A DNA stretch of 37,619 bases, taken from IMG/VR virus record IMGVR_UViG_3300036715_000355, positions 1 to 37,619 of that record; one strand, given 5' to 3'. Under the pieces are notes generated by a model. The model searched no databases. It had not been told where the DNA came from and saw only the letters and a list, made by a program, of their open reading frames with translations. This DNA comes from a virus. The number at the start of each line of letters is the position of its first letter. Within the stretch, counting starts at the first letter, position 1. The translations under genes were made by a program, and so were the position numbers. This document shows, in pieces, positions 1-6,264 of the stretch.

Positions 1-127
1 ATTTCGATTTCGTTCTTCACATCGTCAAGCAGGACGAGGACTGGTTTGGTTCGGGCATCCAGGGCCACCAGAGCGGCCTTGAGATATGATTTCGGGTCGT
101 AGACCGTTCCGTCCTCCCCGCCATACC
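1..127. repeat. Terminal direct repeat, left copy (identical to 37493-37619)
   Basis: 127/127 nt identity between the two window ends, checked base by base. A minus-strand ORF reads through the junction. Confidence 0.95.
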
Positions 128-311
128 AGATGGTGCCGGTGGAGATCGTCCTGAAGCCAATCAGGATGCCGGTTCGGTTTTTGGGGAATGGCTTGACCTC
201 CCACACCTTCCACCAGTCAGAGCCGCCCGACTCTCTGATGCGGTGTTCCGACTTCCGGCGAAGCTGGTGAGGGATGATCACCACATCCCCGAATTTCAGA
301 TCATTGGCCAT
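1..311 (-). CDS. Hypothetical early protein; 5' portion of a junction-spanning gene (311->1 continues 37492->37480, 107 aa in total)
   Basis: ATG at 311-309 with GGAGG upstream. The frame is open to the window edge and, through the overlap, ends ...NEIEMPQA-TGA at 37482-37480. Confidence 0.7.
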   Translation of the reverse strand, partial: MANDLKFGDVVIIPHQLRRKSEHRIRESGGSDWWKVWEVKPFPKNRTGILIGFRTISTGTIWYGGEDGTVYDPKSYLKAALVALDARTKPVLVLLDDVKNEIE

Positions 312-963
312 GTGGCCTCCAAGGTTCATGCAGATGGACAAGATCAGGCGGAAAGCGCCTGGACCTCGATGGTTTGGGCGATGGAAAGCAGAAGGTCGCG
401 GAAGGCGTGGGGCGACCTCTGCCGTTGGCGGCTCGACATATTGGCGATGATTCCGCAGCGCCTGGCCGATTCGTAACCGCGCTCCGCCAGGCGCTTGGCC
501 GGTAGGCGTTGTTCACACGGCCCCAGATCAGTTCGGGGGGCTTGGGACCGACCACCAGGAGCCATGTCTTCTTCCTGGCAGGGTGGCCGTAGTGCCCTTG
601 CTCCACTTCACAGGTCCATTCCTGATAGCCGATCTGGAGCCATCCAGTCTTGGGTGGCGTGGGGATCCCGAAGGCAGGCCACGCCTTGGAGTGGGCGGGG
701 TGTTCCAGGATTCCGCCGAAGCGGCGAAGGGAAGCCAGCGCGGCCTTGAAGCATCCGGCATCGTCCCCAGCCTTCTTGGTCTTCAGGGTCATGGAGCCTT
801 CCGCGAACCGGCCCCAGCGTTCACAGGGCGGGTGGGCGACCACGGGGTGAGGGCCTTGGTAGGTCCGTGCGTCCCGGTTGATGTCCCACGGGTCCACGCC
901 GGGAAGGCCGAAGTAGCACCCGTTGGTTTCGACATAGAGAGCGGCGATCAATTCAGGCTCCAA
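301..963 (-). CDS. Cytosine-C5 DNA methyltransferase-like protein (as-assembled ORF; frame probably disrupted near 520-540, authentic stop probably TGA 346-344)
   Basis: AHPPCERW (compare motif IV PPC), ILEHP (compare ENV) and GHPARKKTW (compare QxRxR). No clear FxGxG motif. TTG start at 963 or 951. The last ~65 aa are Arg/Pro/Ser-rich, while the -1 frame gives a plausible C-terminus. Confidence 0.45.
   Translation of the reverse strand: MEPELIAALYVETNGCYFGLPGVDPWDINRDARTYQGPHPVVAHPPCERWGRFAEGSMTLKTKKAGDDAGCFKAALASLRRFGGILEHPAHSKAWPAFGIPTPPKTGWLQIGYQEWTCEVEQGHYGHPARKKTWLLVVGPKPPELIWGRVNNAYRPSAWRSAVTNRPGAAESSPICRAANGRGRPTPSATFCFPSPKPSRSRRFPPDLVHLHEPWRPHGQ
312..346 (-). repeat. Intergenic TGTCCA element, copy a
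   Basis: Minus strand 347-309: CTGATCTTGTCCATCTGCATGAACCTTGGAGGCCACATG. Confidence 0.7.
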
Positions 964-991
964 AGGACCGTGCAGATGGATAGGTGCGCTA
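952..991 (-). repeat. Intergenic TGTCCA element, copy b (TATCCA variant)
   Basis: Minus strand 991-949: TAGCGCACCTATCCATCTGCACGGTCCTTTGGAGCCTGAATTG. Also contains the tandem 9-mer AGCGCACCT x2. Confidence 0.6.
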
Positions 992-1204
992 GGTGCGCTC
1001 GAAATAGGGACAGTGATCTTTTAGCTCTTCGCGTCGGTTGATATGCCCTCCGCTGGGGACAGACGGTCCTCCGATCCAATAAAAGCAGGTCGGCAATGCG
1101 GGCATTTTTATCGAATACCGGCATCGACCATCTCCGCTCGGGTGCATCCTCCCAGTTGCAGTTTTCTGCCAGTCGGCGTGTTTACAGTCGGTGCAGTTCT
1201 TCAC
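989..1204 (-). CDS. Hypothetical small Cys-rich protein (71 aa)
   Basis: GTG at 1204 after a GGGGG SD-like run. CxxC...C...C pattern (VKNCTDCKH...). The longer track ORF would overlap the upstream gene. Confidence 0.5.
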   Translation of the reverse strand: MKNCTDCKHADWQKTATGRMHPSGDGRCRYSIKMPALPTCFYWIGGPSVPSGGHINRREELKDHCPYFERT

Positions 1205-1230
1205 GATGCCCCCGCATCTGGACAAGATCA
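1205..1230 (-). repeat. Intergenic TGTCCA element, short copy c
   Basis: Minus strand: TGATCTTGTCCAGATGCGGGGGCATC followed by GTG. The upstream stop TGA lies inside CTGATCTTGTCCA. Confidence 0.55.
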
Positions 1231-1476
1231 GTTGAAGAGTTCGGGGTTGGTGAGGTCGTGGTTCACCATGGCGTCGAAGATCCGCATAGCCATGGATCGG
1301 AGTTGAATGTGCCCCCAACACTGGATGCAGATTCCGGGGTGGTCTGGTTCCTGCTCACAGAGGTCCCATCCGGTGCCATCCATTTCCCATGGACCCGTGA
1401 CGAACCAGCGCCCATCCATGGCGGCGATGCTGGTGTCATTGGCGACAGCCTGAGCCTGCTTGCGGGTGAATGCCAT
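1228..1476 (-). CDS. Hypothetical protein (82 aa)
   Basis: ATG at 1476 with GAGGTAAG SD inside the end of the upstream gene. Tight spacing within the operon. Confidence 0.6.
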   Translation of the reverse strand: MAFTRKQAQAVANDTSIAAMDGRWFVTGPWEMDGTGWDLCEQEPDHPGICIQCWGHIQLRSMAMRIFDAMVNHDLTNPELFN

Positions 1477-1478
1477 GG

Positions 1479-1778
1479 CTACTTACCTCGGGTGGAATGG
1501 ATAAGGGCGATGCCAAGAGTGCTCACTTCGGATTCTTCAGGGCGCGGGTGAAGGTTGGGATAGGCGCGGTGCCTGAACTCAGTCAGTTGCTCGGGGGTCA
1601 TCACCTCGCAGGCGATCTCTAGTTCCCGGCTCTGGTCATCGAAGGCTTGTCCTAGTTTCTCGATGCTCTCGTTCTCGCGGCGGGCGGCGTCGATGACGGG
1701 TTGCCAGTAGGAGGCGCGGACGCCTCGGCAAAGCTCAGCTTCAACTTCGTTAATGAGTCTGAAAACCTGAGTGCTCAT
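1479..1778 (-). CDS. Hypothetical protein (99 aa)
   Basis: ATG at 1778 preceded by GGAG (TTGTCCAGGAGTCCTATG). The track ORF extends further upstream across the preceding stop and motif. Confidence 0.6.
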   Translation of the reverse strand: MSTQVFRLINEVEAELCRGVRASYWQPVIDAARRENESIEKLGQAFDDQSRELEIACEVMTPEQLTEFRHRAYPNLHPRPEESEVSTLGIALIHSTRGK

Positions 1779-1798
1779 AGGACTCCTGGACAAGATCA
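1779..1798 (-). repeat. Intergenic TGTCCA element, minimal copy d
   Basis: Minus strand: TGATCTTGTCCAGGAGTCCT then ATG. The upstream stop TGA (1798-1796) is embedded in the element. Confidence 0.55.
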
Positions 1799-2056
1799 GT
1801 GGATGGGGCGGTGCTTGCCGCAGGTGCCTCGGTAGCCTTCGGGCGTGGGTGTCCCGCAGGACCACCAATCCCAGCACCCCGGCTCATCGCAGCAGGTTTT
1901 GACGCTACTGACATCCTTGCAACCGGGGCACCCGGTCAGTTCATCGTCAGGGTCGAATGGGTTGGGGGCATGGAGCAGTTCGGTGTCTTCGCCCTTCCAC
2001 CCGCAGTTGGAGTTCTCGCATTTCACTTTCACGGTCGGGCTCCCGGACAGGCTCAT
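1796..2056 (-). CDS. Hypothetical Cys-rich protein (86 aa; alternative GTG start at 2032)
   Basis: About 10 Cys (CENSNCGW...CPGCKD...CCDEPGC). ATGA overlap with the upstream gene. TGAGCCTGTCCGGGAG at the 5' end resembles the intergenic element, so the start may be GTG 2032. Confidence 0.6.
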   Translation of the reverse strand: MSLSGSPTVKVKCENSNCGWKGEDTELLHAPNPFDPDDELTGCPGCKDVSSVKTCCDEPGCWDWWSCGTPTPEGYRGTCGKHRPIH

Positions 2057-2262
2057 CCCTGCTGGATGGGTAGATGGATGGTATCGATGAAGGCTTCGCC
2101 GAAGAGTTCATCCTCCTGGGCGGCATCGAGTTCGTTTTCAGCCTCGGTTACATCAAATAGCCGCACCCAGAGCGATCCACCGGCATAGGGGACTTCGGTG
2201 TATCCAACGCCATTCTCTGGCTTTGTCTCGGCGGCGTAGATGGCAAGAATTTCATTCGACAT
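2053..2262 (-). CDS. Hypothetical acidic protein (69 aa)
   Basis: ATG at 2262 with AAGGAA SD, preceded by element copy e. Confidence 0.6.
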   Translation of the reverse strand: MSNEILAIYAAETKPENGVGYTEVPYAGGSLWVRLFDVTEAENELDAAQEDELFGEAFIDTIHLPIQQG

Positions 2263-2299
2263 GGCAGTTCCTTCCAAGGTTCATGCGAGTGGACAGTTA
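2263..2299 (-). repeat. Intergenic TGTCCA element, copy e
   Basis: Minus strand 2299-2260: TAACTGTCCACTCGCATGAACCTTGGAAGGAACTGCCATG. Confidence 0.7.
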
Positions 2300-2488
2300 C
2301 GGTTTCGGTGCGTATTCGATGAAGAACGGGCAGAAGAACGGCGGGGCTGTGGGGCTCAGGTCAGCAAAGCTGAGGGGTCTAAGTCCCATGCCATCGTCTG
2401 CCTCGCAATCCATGAACCGGGCGCAGGTATCGCGCTTGCCACAGGTCGTTCCGATGCACCGGGAAACATCGCGGGGAAGCTGGCTCAT
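2297..2488 (-). CDS. Hypothetical Cys-rich protein (63 aa)
   Basis: ATG at 2488 in ATGA overlap with the upstream stop. RCIGTTCGKRDTCARF... pattern. Confidence 0.55.
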   Translation of the reverse strand: MSQLPRDVSRCIGTTCGKRDTCARFMDCEADDGMGLRPLSFADLSPTAPPFFCPFFIEYAPKP

Positions 2489-2715
2489 GCCTCCCTCGCC
2501 GCCAGTTCCTTGCAATACTCGATCAGTTCGTCCTGCATCCGTTTCCCGTTGTCGCCAAGGGCAAACCTGATGCGAGATAGCAAGTCGAAGGCGCTGGCGT
2601 TGTCGCGCTGCGCCTGCTCCACCTCCTGCCGGATGGAATCCAGGGCGGGACGCCACACGGTTTCGGGAGCATCACAAGTGAGCAGGCATTGTTCAAGGAT
2701 CGGAAGGTCAGTCAT
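2485..2715 (-). CDS. Hypothetical protein (76 aa)
   Basis: ATG at 2715. ORF taken from the track. Coupled to the downstream gene by an ATGA overlap. Confidence 0.6.
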   Translation of the reverse strand: MTDLPILEQCLLTCDAPETVWRPALDSIRQEVEQAQRDNASAFDLLSRIRFALGDNGKRMQDELIEYCKELAAREA

Positions 2716-2811
2716 GTGGGGTGCCTTTGGACAGGATTTCAGTTGTTAAGGATTTCTGAATAACTGAACCGTAAAGGGATTCTTGACGGTTCGGATTCTG
2801 GACATTCGTTA
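2716..2811 (-). promoter_or_regulatory. Largest intergenic gap of the leftward operon: two TGTCCA cores plus a 7-bp-stem hairpin (2766-2792)
   Basis: tggaca at 2728-2733 and 2799-2804 on the plus strand. Inverted repeat gaaccgt-N13-acggttc. No T-run follows it. Confidence 0.35.
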
Positions 2812-3027
2812 GCGAGTGGTCCCGACAGCCGGGACACCCGCAGGGATTTCGATTTCAGTTGTAGGGCACCAGTGGGTGACAAAGGGCTCGGTGTAATTCC
2901 CAGTGCCGTTGAGGGTGTTCCCATAGGCGGTGATGATCTCGGTTCCGATGATCGGGTTAGCCTGGATAGCCATCACACGCTGACCTGGGGCTGGCTTTGA
3001 TTTCTTCAAGTCTCGCCATGGGAGCAT
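2809..3027 (-). CDS. Hypothetical protein (72 aa)
   Basis: ATG at 3027 with AAAGGAA SD, preceded by element copy h. Confidence 0.6.
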   Translation of the reverse strand: MLPWRDLKKSKPAPGQRVMAIQANPIIGTEIITAYGNTLNGTGNYTEPFVTHWCPTTEIEIPAGVPAVGTTR

Positions 3028-3066
3028 CGGAATTCCTTTCGAGGGTCGTGCATCTGGGCAGCCTCA
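3028..3066 (-). repeat. Intergenic TGTCCA element, copy h (TGCCCA variant)
   Basis: Minus strand 3066-3025: TGAGGCTGCCCAGATGCACGACCCTCGAAAGGAATTCCGATG. Confidence 0.65.
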
Positions 3067-3246
3067 CTCGGCTGCGGCTTCGGGTTCGTCATAGCCCCAA
3101 GAGATTTCCTGGAGCATGGCATCGCGCATGTAGTTCTCGCGTTCATCGGGTGCCATTTCGTCCCAGTCCTCTTGGTCGATTTCGACGGTGAATTTCTTCT
3201 TGCTGTGGATGTTGGCTCCACTGTCTACATAGGCTTGGATCTTCAC
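3064..3246 (-). CDS. Hypothetical acidic protein (60 aa)
   Basis: GTG at 3246 with GAGGTGA SD. ORF taken from the track. Confidence 0.5.
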   Translation of the reverse strand: MKIQAYVDSGANIHSKKKFTVEIDQEDWDEMAPDERENYMRDAMLQEISWGYDEPEAAAE

Positions 3247-3277
3247 GGTTCACCTCATGGGATATTGGACAGGCTCA
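3247..3277 (-). repeat. Intergenic TGTCCA element, copy f
   Basis: Minus strand: CCCAGGCGTGAGCCTGTCCAATATCCCATGAGGTGAACC then GTG. CCCAGGCGTGAGCCTG is shared with copy m. Confidence 0.55.
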
Positions 3278-3538
3278 CGCCTGGGTGTCTTTCAGTTCGC
3301 AATCACACATGATCGAAAAATCAGGGTTGTCCTCACGGGTGACAGGGCGCTCGTTGGTCATGGTTGCCACCTGAGACACCAAACCCCAGCAGATAGAGGT
3401 GGCGTATTCACTCCACCCTTCGTCCCCGGCGGTTTCCTGCTCGGACTCCAGCGCCTTTGCTGCGTGGTCCCTTGCTGCATCGGCGTTGTCGTGGAATTGG
3501 AAATCACCCATTCCGTCATAGCTAAAAAACAATCCCAT
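3275..3538 (-). CDS. Hypothetical protein (87 aa)
   Basis: ATG at 3538 with AAGGAA SD, preceded by element copy g. Confidence 0.6.
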   Translation of the reverse strand: MGLFFSYDGMGDFQFHDNADAARDHAAKALESEQETAGDEGWSEYATSICWGLVSQVATMTNERPVTREDNPDFSIMCDCELKDTQA

Positions 3539-3575
3539 GGCGTGTTCCTTCCAAGGTTCATGCGAGTGGACATCA
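3539..3575 (-). repeat. Intergenic TGTCCA element, copy g
   Basis: Minus strand 3575-3536: TGATGTCCACTCGCATGAACCTTGGAAGGAACACGCCATG. Nearly identical to copy e. Confidence 0.7.
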
Positions 3576-3830
3576 GCGTTTCGGGACGGTGGAGTGCCCA
3601 CCGCATTGCCCCATGGCAGACTCGAAAGCGATCACAGCATCCTCTGGGGTGCTGCCGAACCCGGCGACTCCAGAGGCAAGGTCATCGCCCCAAAGCAGGC
3701 ACCAGAGGTTTCCATCGCGCTTTGGCTTCAGCCCCAGCACGACAGCCCAGTGATCCCGCTTCTCGGCTGCGGCATGATCCAGGCGGGCGGTGGCATACAT
3801 TTCTTGCTGCACATGAAATGGGACTTCCAT
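3573..3830 (-). CDS. Hypothetical protein (85 aa)
   Basis: ATG at 3830 with AAAGGA SD (GAAAGGACCACCATG). MEVPFHVQQ... Confidence 0.55.
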   Translation of the reverse strand: MEVPFHVQQEMYATARLDHAAAEKRDHWAVVLGLKPKRDGNLWCLLWGDDLASGVAGFGSTPEDAVIAFESAMGQCGGHSTVPKR

Positions 3831-3901
3831 GGTGGTCCTTTCTGGGCAATAGTGCGTTGTTGTTGGTTCTGATGGTTCCGGTATGCCAATAGGGTCAGAC
3901 A

Positions 3902-4090
3902 CTAAACAACGATGTTGGTCGTGTTCAATTTGCGCCCGGCAAGCTCACGGATGGCCTTACGATGTTCTTTCGACGGGGTGTGTTCATTCTTGAGCCAGCG
4001 GAATATGGTTGATCTATGGACTTCCAACTTGGAGGCCAGTTTGTTCACACCGTATCTTTTGACCCAAGCGGCGAATTTGGCATCGGCCAT
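3902..4090 (-). CDS. Cro/YdaS-like helix-turn-helix regulator, first gene of the leftward operon
   Basis: 62 aa. HTH segment VNKLASKLEVHRSTIFRWLKN. GGGAGG SD. Faces the divergent control region. Confidence 0.7.
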   Translation of the reverse strand: MADAKFAAWVKRYGVNKLASKLEVHRSTIFRWLKNEHTPSKEHRKAIRELAGRKLNTTNIVV

Positions 4091-4236
4091 TTGTTACCTC
4101 CCGAGACAAACGTAACGCAACATCGCCAGTCGCGCAAGGGGCAACTTTGAACAAAAAAAAAGGTTGCGCGAGCCGCGACATGATGTATCCTTAATTATCA
4201 ACCAACCGGGCCATCCCGGAATGCCGAGGAGCTACA
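4091..4236. promoter_or_regulatory. Divergent early control region (candidate back-to-back promoters and operator half-sites)
   Basis: Only sizeable gap between divergent operons. GCGCAA (4132-4137) faces TTGCGC (4164-4169). Related ACGCAAC at 4115-4121. A9 run at 4153-4161. Possible TTGCGC-16-TATCCT rightward and TTGCGC-17-TACGTT leftward. Confidence 0.4.
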
Positions 4237-4584
4237 ATGTTGAACCCCACCCCCCAACACCGCATGGACCTGATCGTGGGCTATGCGGCCATCCTCATGG
4301 ACATCTGCCGGACCAACCGGGACAAGCCCAATCTGCTGGCCTACGAGATGCTGACGCTGGTATCTGCGGACATTACCCAGCAGACTGACCGGCTTCTCCA
4401 GGACCACGACGATGCCAGGTTCCAGGCCATGTGGGGCCACCGTGGGACCGTGGGTTGTGCCTGGGATAAGATCGTGGACTCTGCTTTCGATGAGGGCTTT
4501 GACGACCTGAACCCCGCCGAAGACGCAGCGTTTGATGCGATCGAAGCTGCCCATCCCACTACATTCAACCCGAAGGGGCTGTGA
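4237..4584 (+). CDS. Hypothetical protein (115 aa), first rightward gene
   Basis: ATG with GAGGAG SD. ORF taken from the track. Confidence 0.65.
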   Translation: MLNPTPQHRMDLIVGYAAILMDICRTNRDKPNLLAYEMLTLVSADITQQTDRLLQDHDDARFQAMWGHRGTVGCAWDKIVDSAFDEGFDDLNPAEDAAFDAIEAAHPTTFNPKGL

Positions 4585-4820
4585 TGGCTAACGGCCCATC
4601 ACGTTCTGAGATAGCAGAACACGCTACTTCTGACGCATTCGAGACCGAAACAGACCCAGTGTTCACCTGCGACACTTGCGGAGAAGAGTTCGAGCCGTGG
4701 CCGGATTCATACTGTGGCCGCACGTTCATCGAGAAAGACAACTGCCAGAAGTGCCTTGAACCCATTGAACCTGACCCTATGGGCGGTTGGAACGAAGACA
4801 TTGGAAGGGATGACCGATGA
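4584..4820 (+). CDS. Hypothetical acidic CxxC protein (78 aa)
   Basis: ATG at 4584 in a TGATG overlap. CDTCGEE...CQKC. Confidence 0.6.
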   Translation: MANGPSRSEIAEHATSDAFETETDPVFTCDTCGEEFEPWPDSYCGRTFIEKDNCQKCLEPIEPDPMGGWNEDIGRDDR

Positions 4821-4996
4821 ACGACCAAGAATTGTTCAACTATGTTGTTGAGTTGGAGCAGAACCGTCTGGAATATGGCCGATTCATCCAGCAGATAGCC
4901 GAAGCCCTTGGGGTGCCAGAGGTATTCGGTGGTGGATACGAAGAAGACGCAATCCTGCTAGCAATCAAAACCCTCAAGGAGAAAGCCAATGGCTAA
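4817..4996 (+). CDS. Hypothetical protein (59 aa)
   Basis: ATGA overlap at 4817. Not in the track because it is under 60 aa. Translation MNDQELFNYVVELEQNRLEYGRF... Confidence 0.5.
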   Translation: MNDQELFNYVVELEQNRLEYGRFIQQIAEALGVPEVFGGGYEEDAILLAIKTLKEKANG

Positions 4997-5726
4997 CCCG
5001 GTAAACACGATCCAAACCCTTGACCCAGATGTGATTGGGAACTTGGTCATCAATGGCGACCTCAAGCGGCTGTCGGCCCCACAGAAGATCGCATTCTATA
5101 CCTACAAGTGCCAGCAGGCAGGGCTTGACCCGGCTGCAAAGCCTTTCGATCTTCTGACCCTCAATGGCAAGGAAATACTCTATGCCAACGCTGGATGCAC
5201 TCAGCAGCTCACAGCCAACCGGAAACTGAGCCACCAAATTACCAACCGTGAATTGGTGGATGGGATCTACTGCGTTTTCTGCAAGGTGACTGATGCCGAG
5301 GGCCGATCCACTGAGAACATGGGCGCTGTGACCGTGGAAGGGCTCAAGGGCGAGAACAAGGCCAACGCCATGCTCAAGGCCACCACGAAGGCTATTCGTC
5401 GCTCTGTGCTGGCTCACTGTGGCCTGGGCGTCATGGATGAGCAGGAAGTGGAAACCATCCCAGGTGCCAAGACTGAGGTATGGACTGCGCACGAGAATGC
5501 TGTTGAGTGGAGCGAAGAAGAATATGCAGAGGCCAAGGGGATCGTGCTGGCCTTCGGTGACTACCTCGACAAGAAGGGCATGGAGTTTGATGAGATTGAA
5601 ACCACCCTCCAGCCCCCCCGGTCCACCATTGGGGATGAGCGCGGCCTGGACAATTGGAAGAACCGATTCCAGGAATACACCAAGCGGGTGGCTAAAAAGC
5701 ATGGTTTCACTGATGAGGTGAAGTAA
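4989..5726 (+). CDS. Single-strand annealing protein, RecT/Red-beta superfamily-like
   Basis: CQQAGLDPAAKPF and NAMLKATTKAIRRSVLAHCGLGVMDEQE resemble RecT/Bet core motifs as I recall them. Confidence 0.55.
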   Translation: MANPVNTIQTLDPDVIGNLVINGDLKRLSAPQKIAFYTYKCQQAGLDPAAKPFDLLTLNGKEILYANAGCTQQLTANRKLSHQITNRELVDGIYCVFCKVTDAEGRSTENMGAVTVEGLKGENKANAMLKATTKAIRRSVLAHCGLGVMDEQEVETIPGAKTEVWTAHENAVEWSEEEYAEAKGIVLAFGDYLDKKGMEFDEIETTLQPPRSTIGDERGLDNWKNRFQEYTKRVAKKHGFTDEVK

Positions 5727-5914
5727 TGCGTAACACAACCGAAGCTGAGCTTGCCAACACCTTAGCCATCCTGTGGGTTCGCCGTTCAATCGCATGGCTC
5801 ACCCTGTTCCGGTTCATCCCAAAGTATCGTGATTATCTGACGATCCGTAGGAACCAACTGTTCATCCTGCTCAAGCGTGATCAGCGTATCGGGTCGGGGA
5901 TGAAGTCCAAATGA
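5726..5914 (+). CDS. Hypothetical protein (62 aa)
   Basis: TAATG junction. ORF taken from the track. Confidence 0.5.
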   Translation: MRNTTEAELANTLAILWVRRSIAWLTLFRFIPKYRDYLTIRRNQLFILLKRDQRIGSGMKSK

Positions 5915-6264
5915 ATATCTGTAGAGTCCTTGGATGCCAGTCTATTTCTGTCCCCAATGAGCAGTTTTGTGATCCTCACCTAGAGGACTACGAAGAAGGC
6001 ATAACCCACCGGCTTAAACGTGCCTTGAATAACTCCGGTCCCGGTAAGGGGTGCCCCGGACTTCCTCGCACCTCAAAGGCTCACCAGAGGCAATACTCCA
6101 ATCTTTCCAAAGGAACAAAGTTCCCAGAGTATGAATCATTTAAGGGACTTCACCCAGAATTGTTATCACTCAAAGAACAGATCAGAGCAGCTACCCAAGA
6201 AATAATCTCTGAGATTCGCGCCAAACGAGCAGAAAGGAAGGCCAATGCTAATCAAAACGGTTAG
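5911..6264 (+). CDS. Hypothetical protein with N-terminal Cys/His cluster (117 aa)
   Basis: ATGA overlap. CRVLGC...CDPH. Confidence 0.55.
   Translation: MNICRVLGCQSISVPNEQFCDPHLEDYEEGITHRLKRALNNSGPGKGCPGLPRTSKAHQRQYSNLSKGTKFPEYESFKGLHPELLSLKEQIRAATQEIISEIRAKRAERKANANQNG

Noticed and set aside
583-1551. Plus-strand ORFs 583-1041 and 1096-1551 in the left arm, together with 3257-3892 and 1799-2188
   Set aside because: They cross several minus-strand gene boundaries and the intergenic elements. The minus-strand genes have SDs, ATGA overlaps and consistent spacing.
312-3575. Reading the intergenic element as sigma-54 (-24/-12) promoters or T7-type phage promoters
   Set aside because: The GG/GC spacing does not fit TGGCAC-N5-TTGC. 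No phage RNA polymerase gene exists. No acceptable -10 hexamer lies 16-18 nt from TTGTCC.
4974-5795. 273-aa minus-strand ORF
   Set aside because: It is antisense to the RecT/Red-beta-like gene, which has recognisable motifs and translational coupling to its neighbours.
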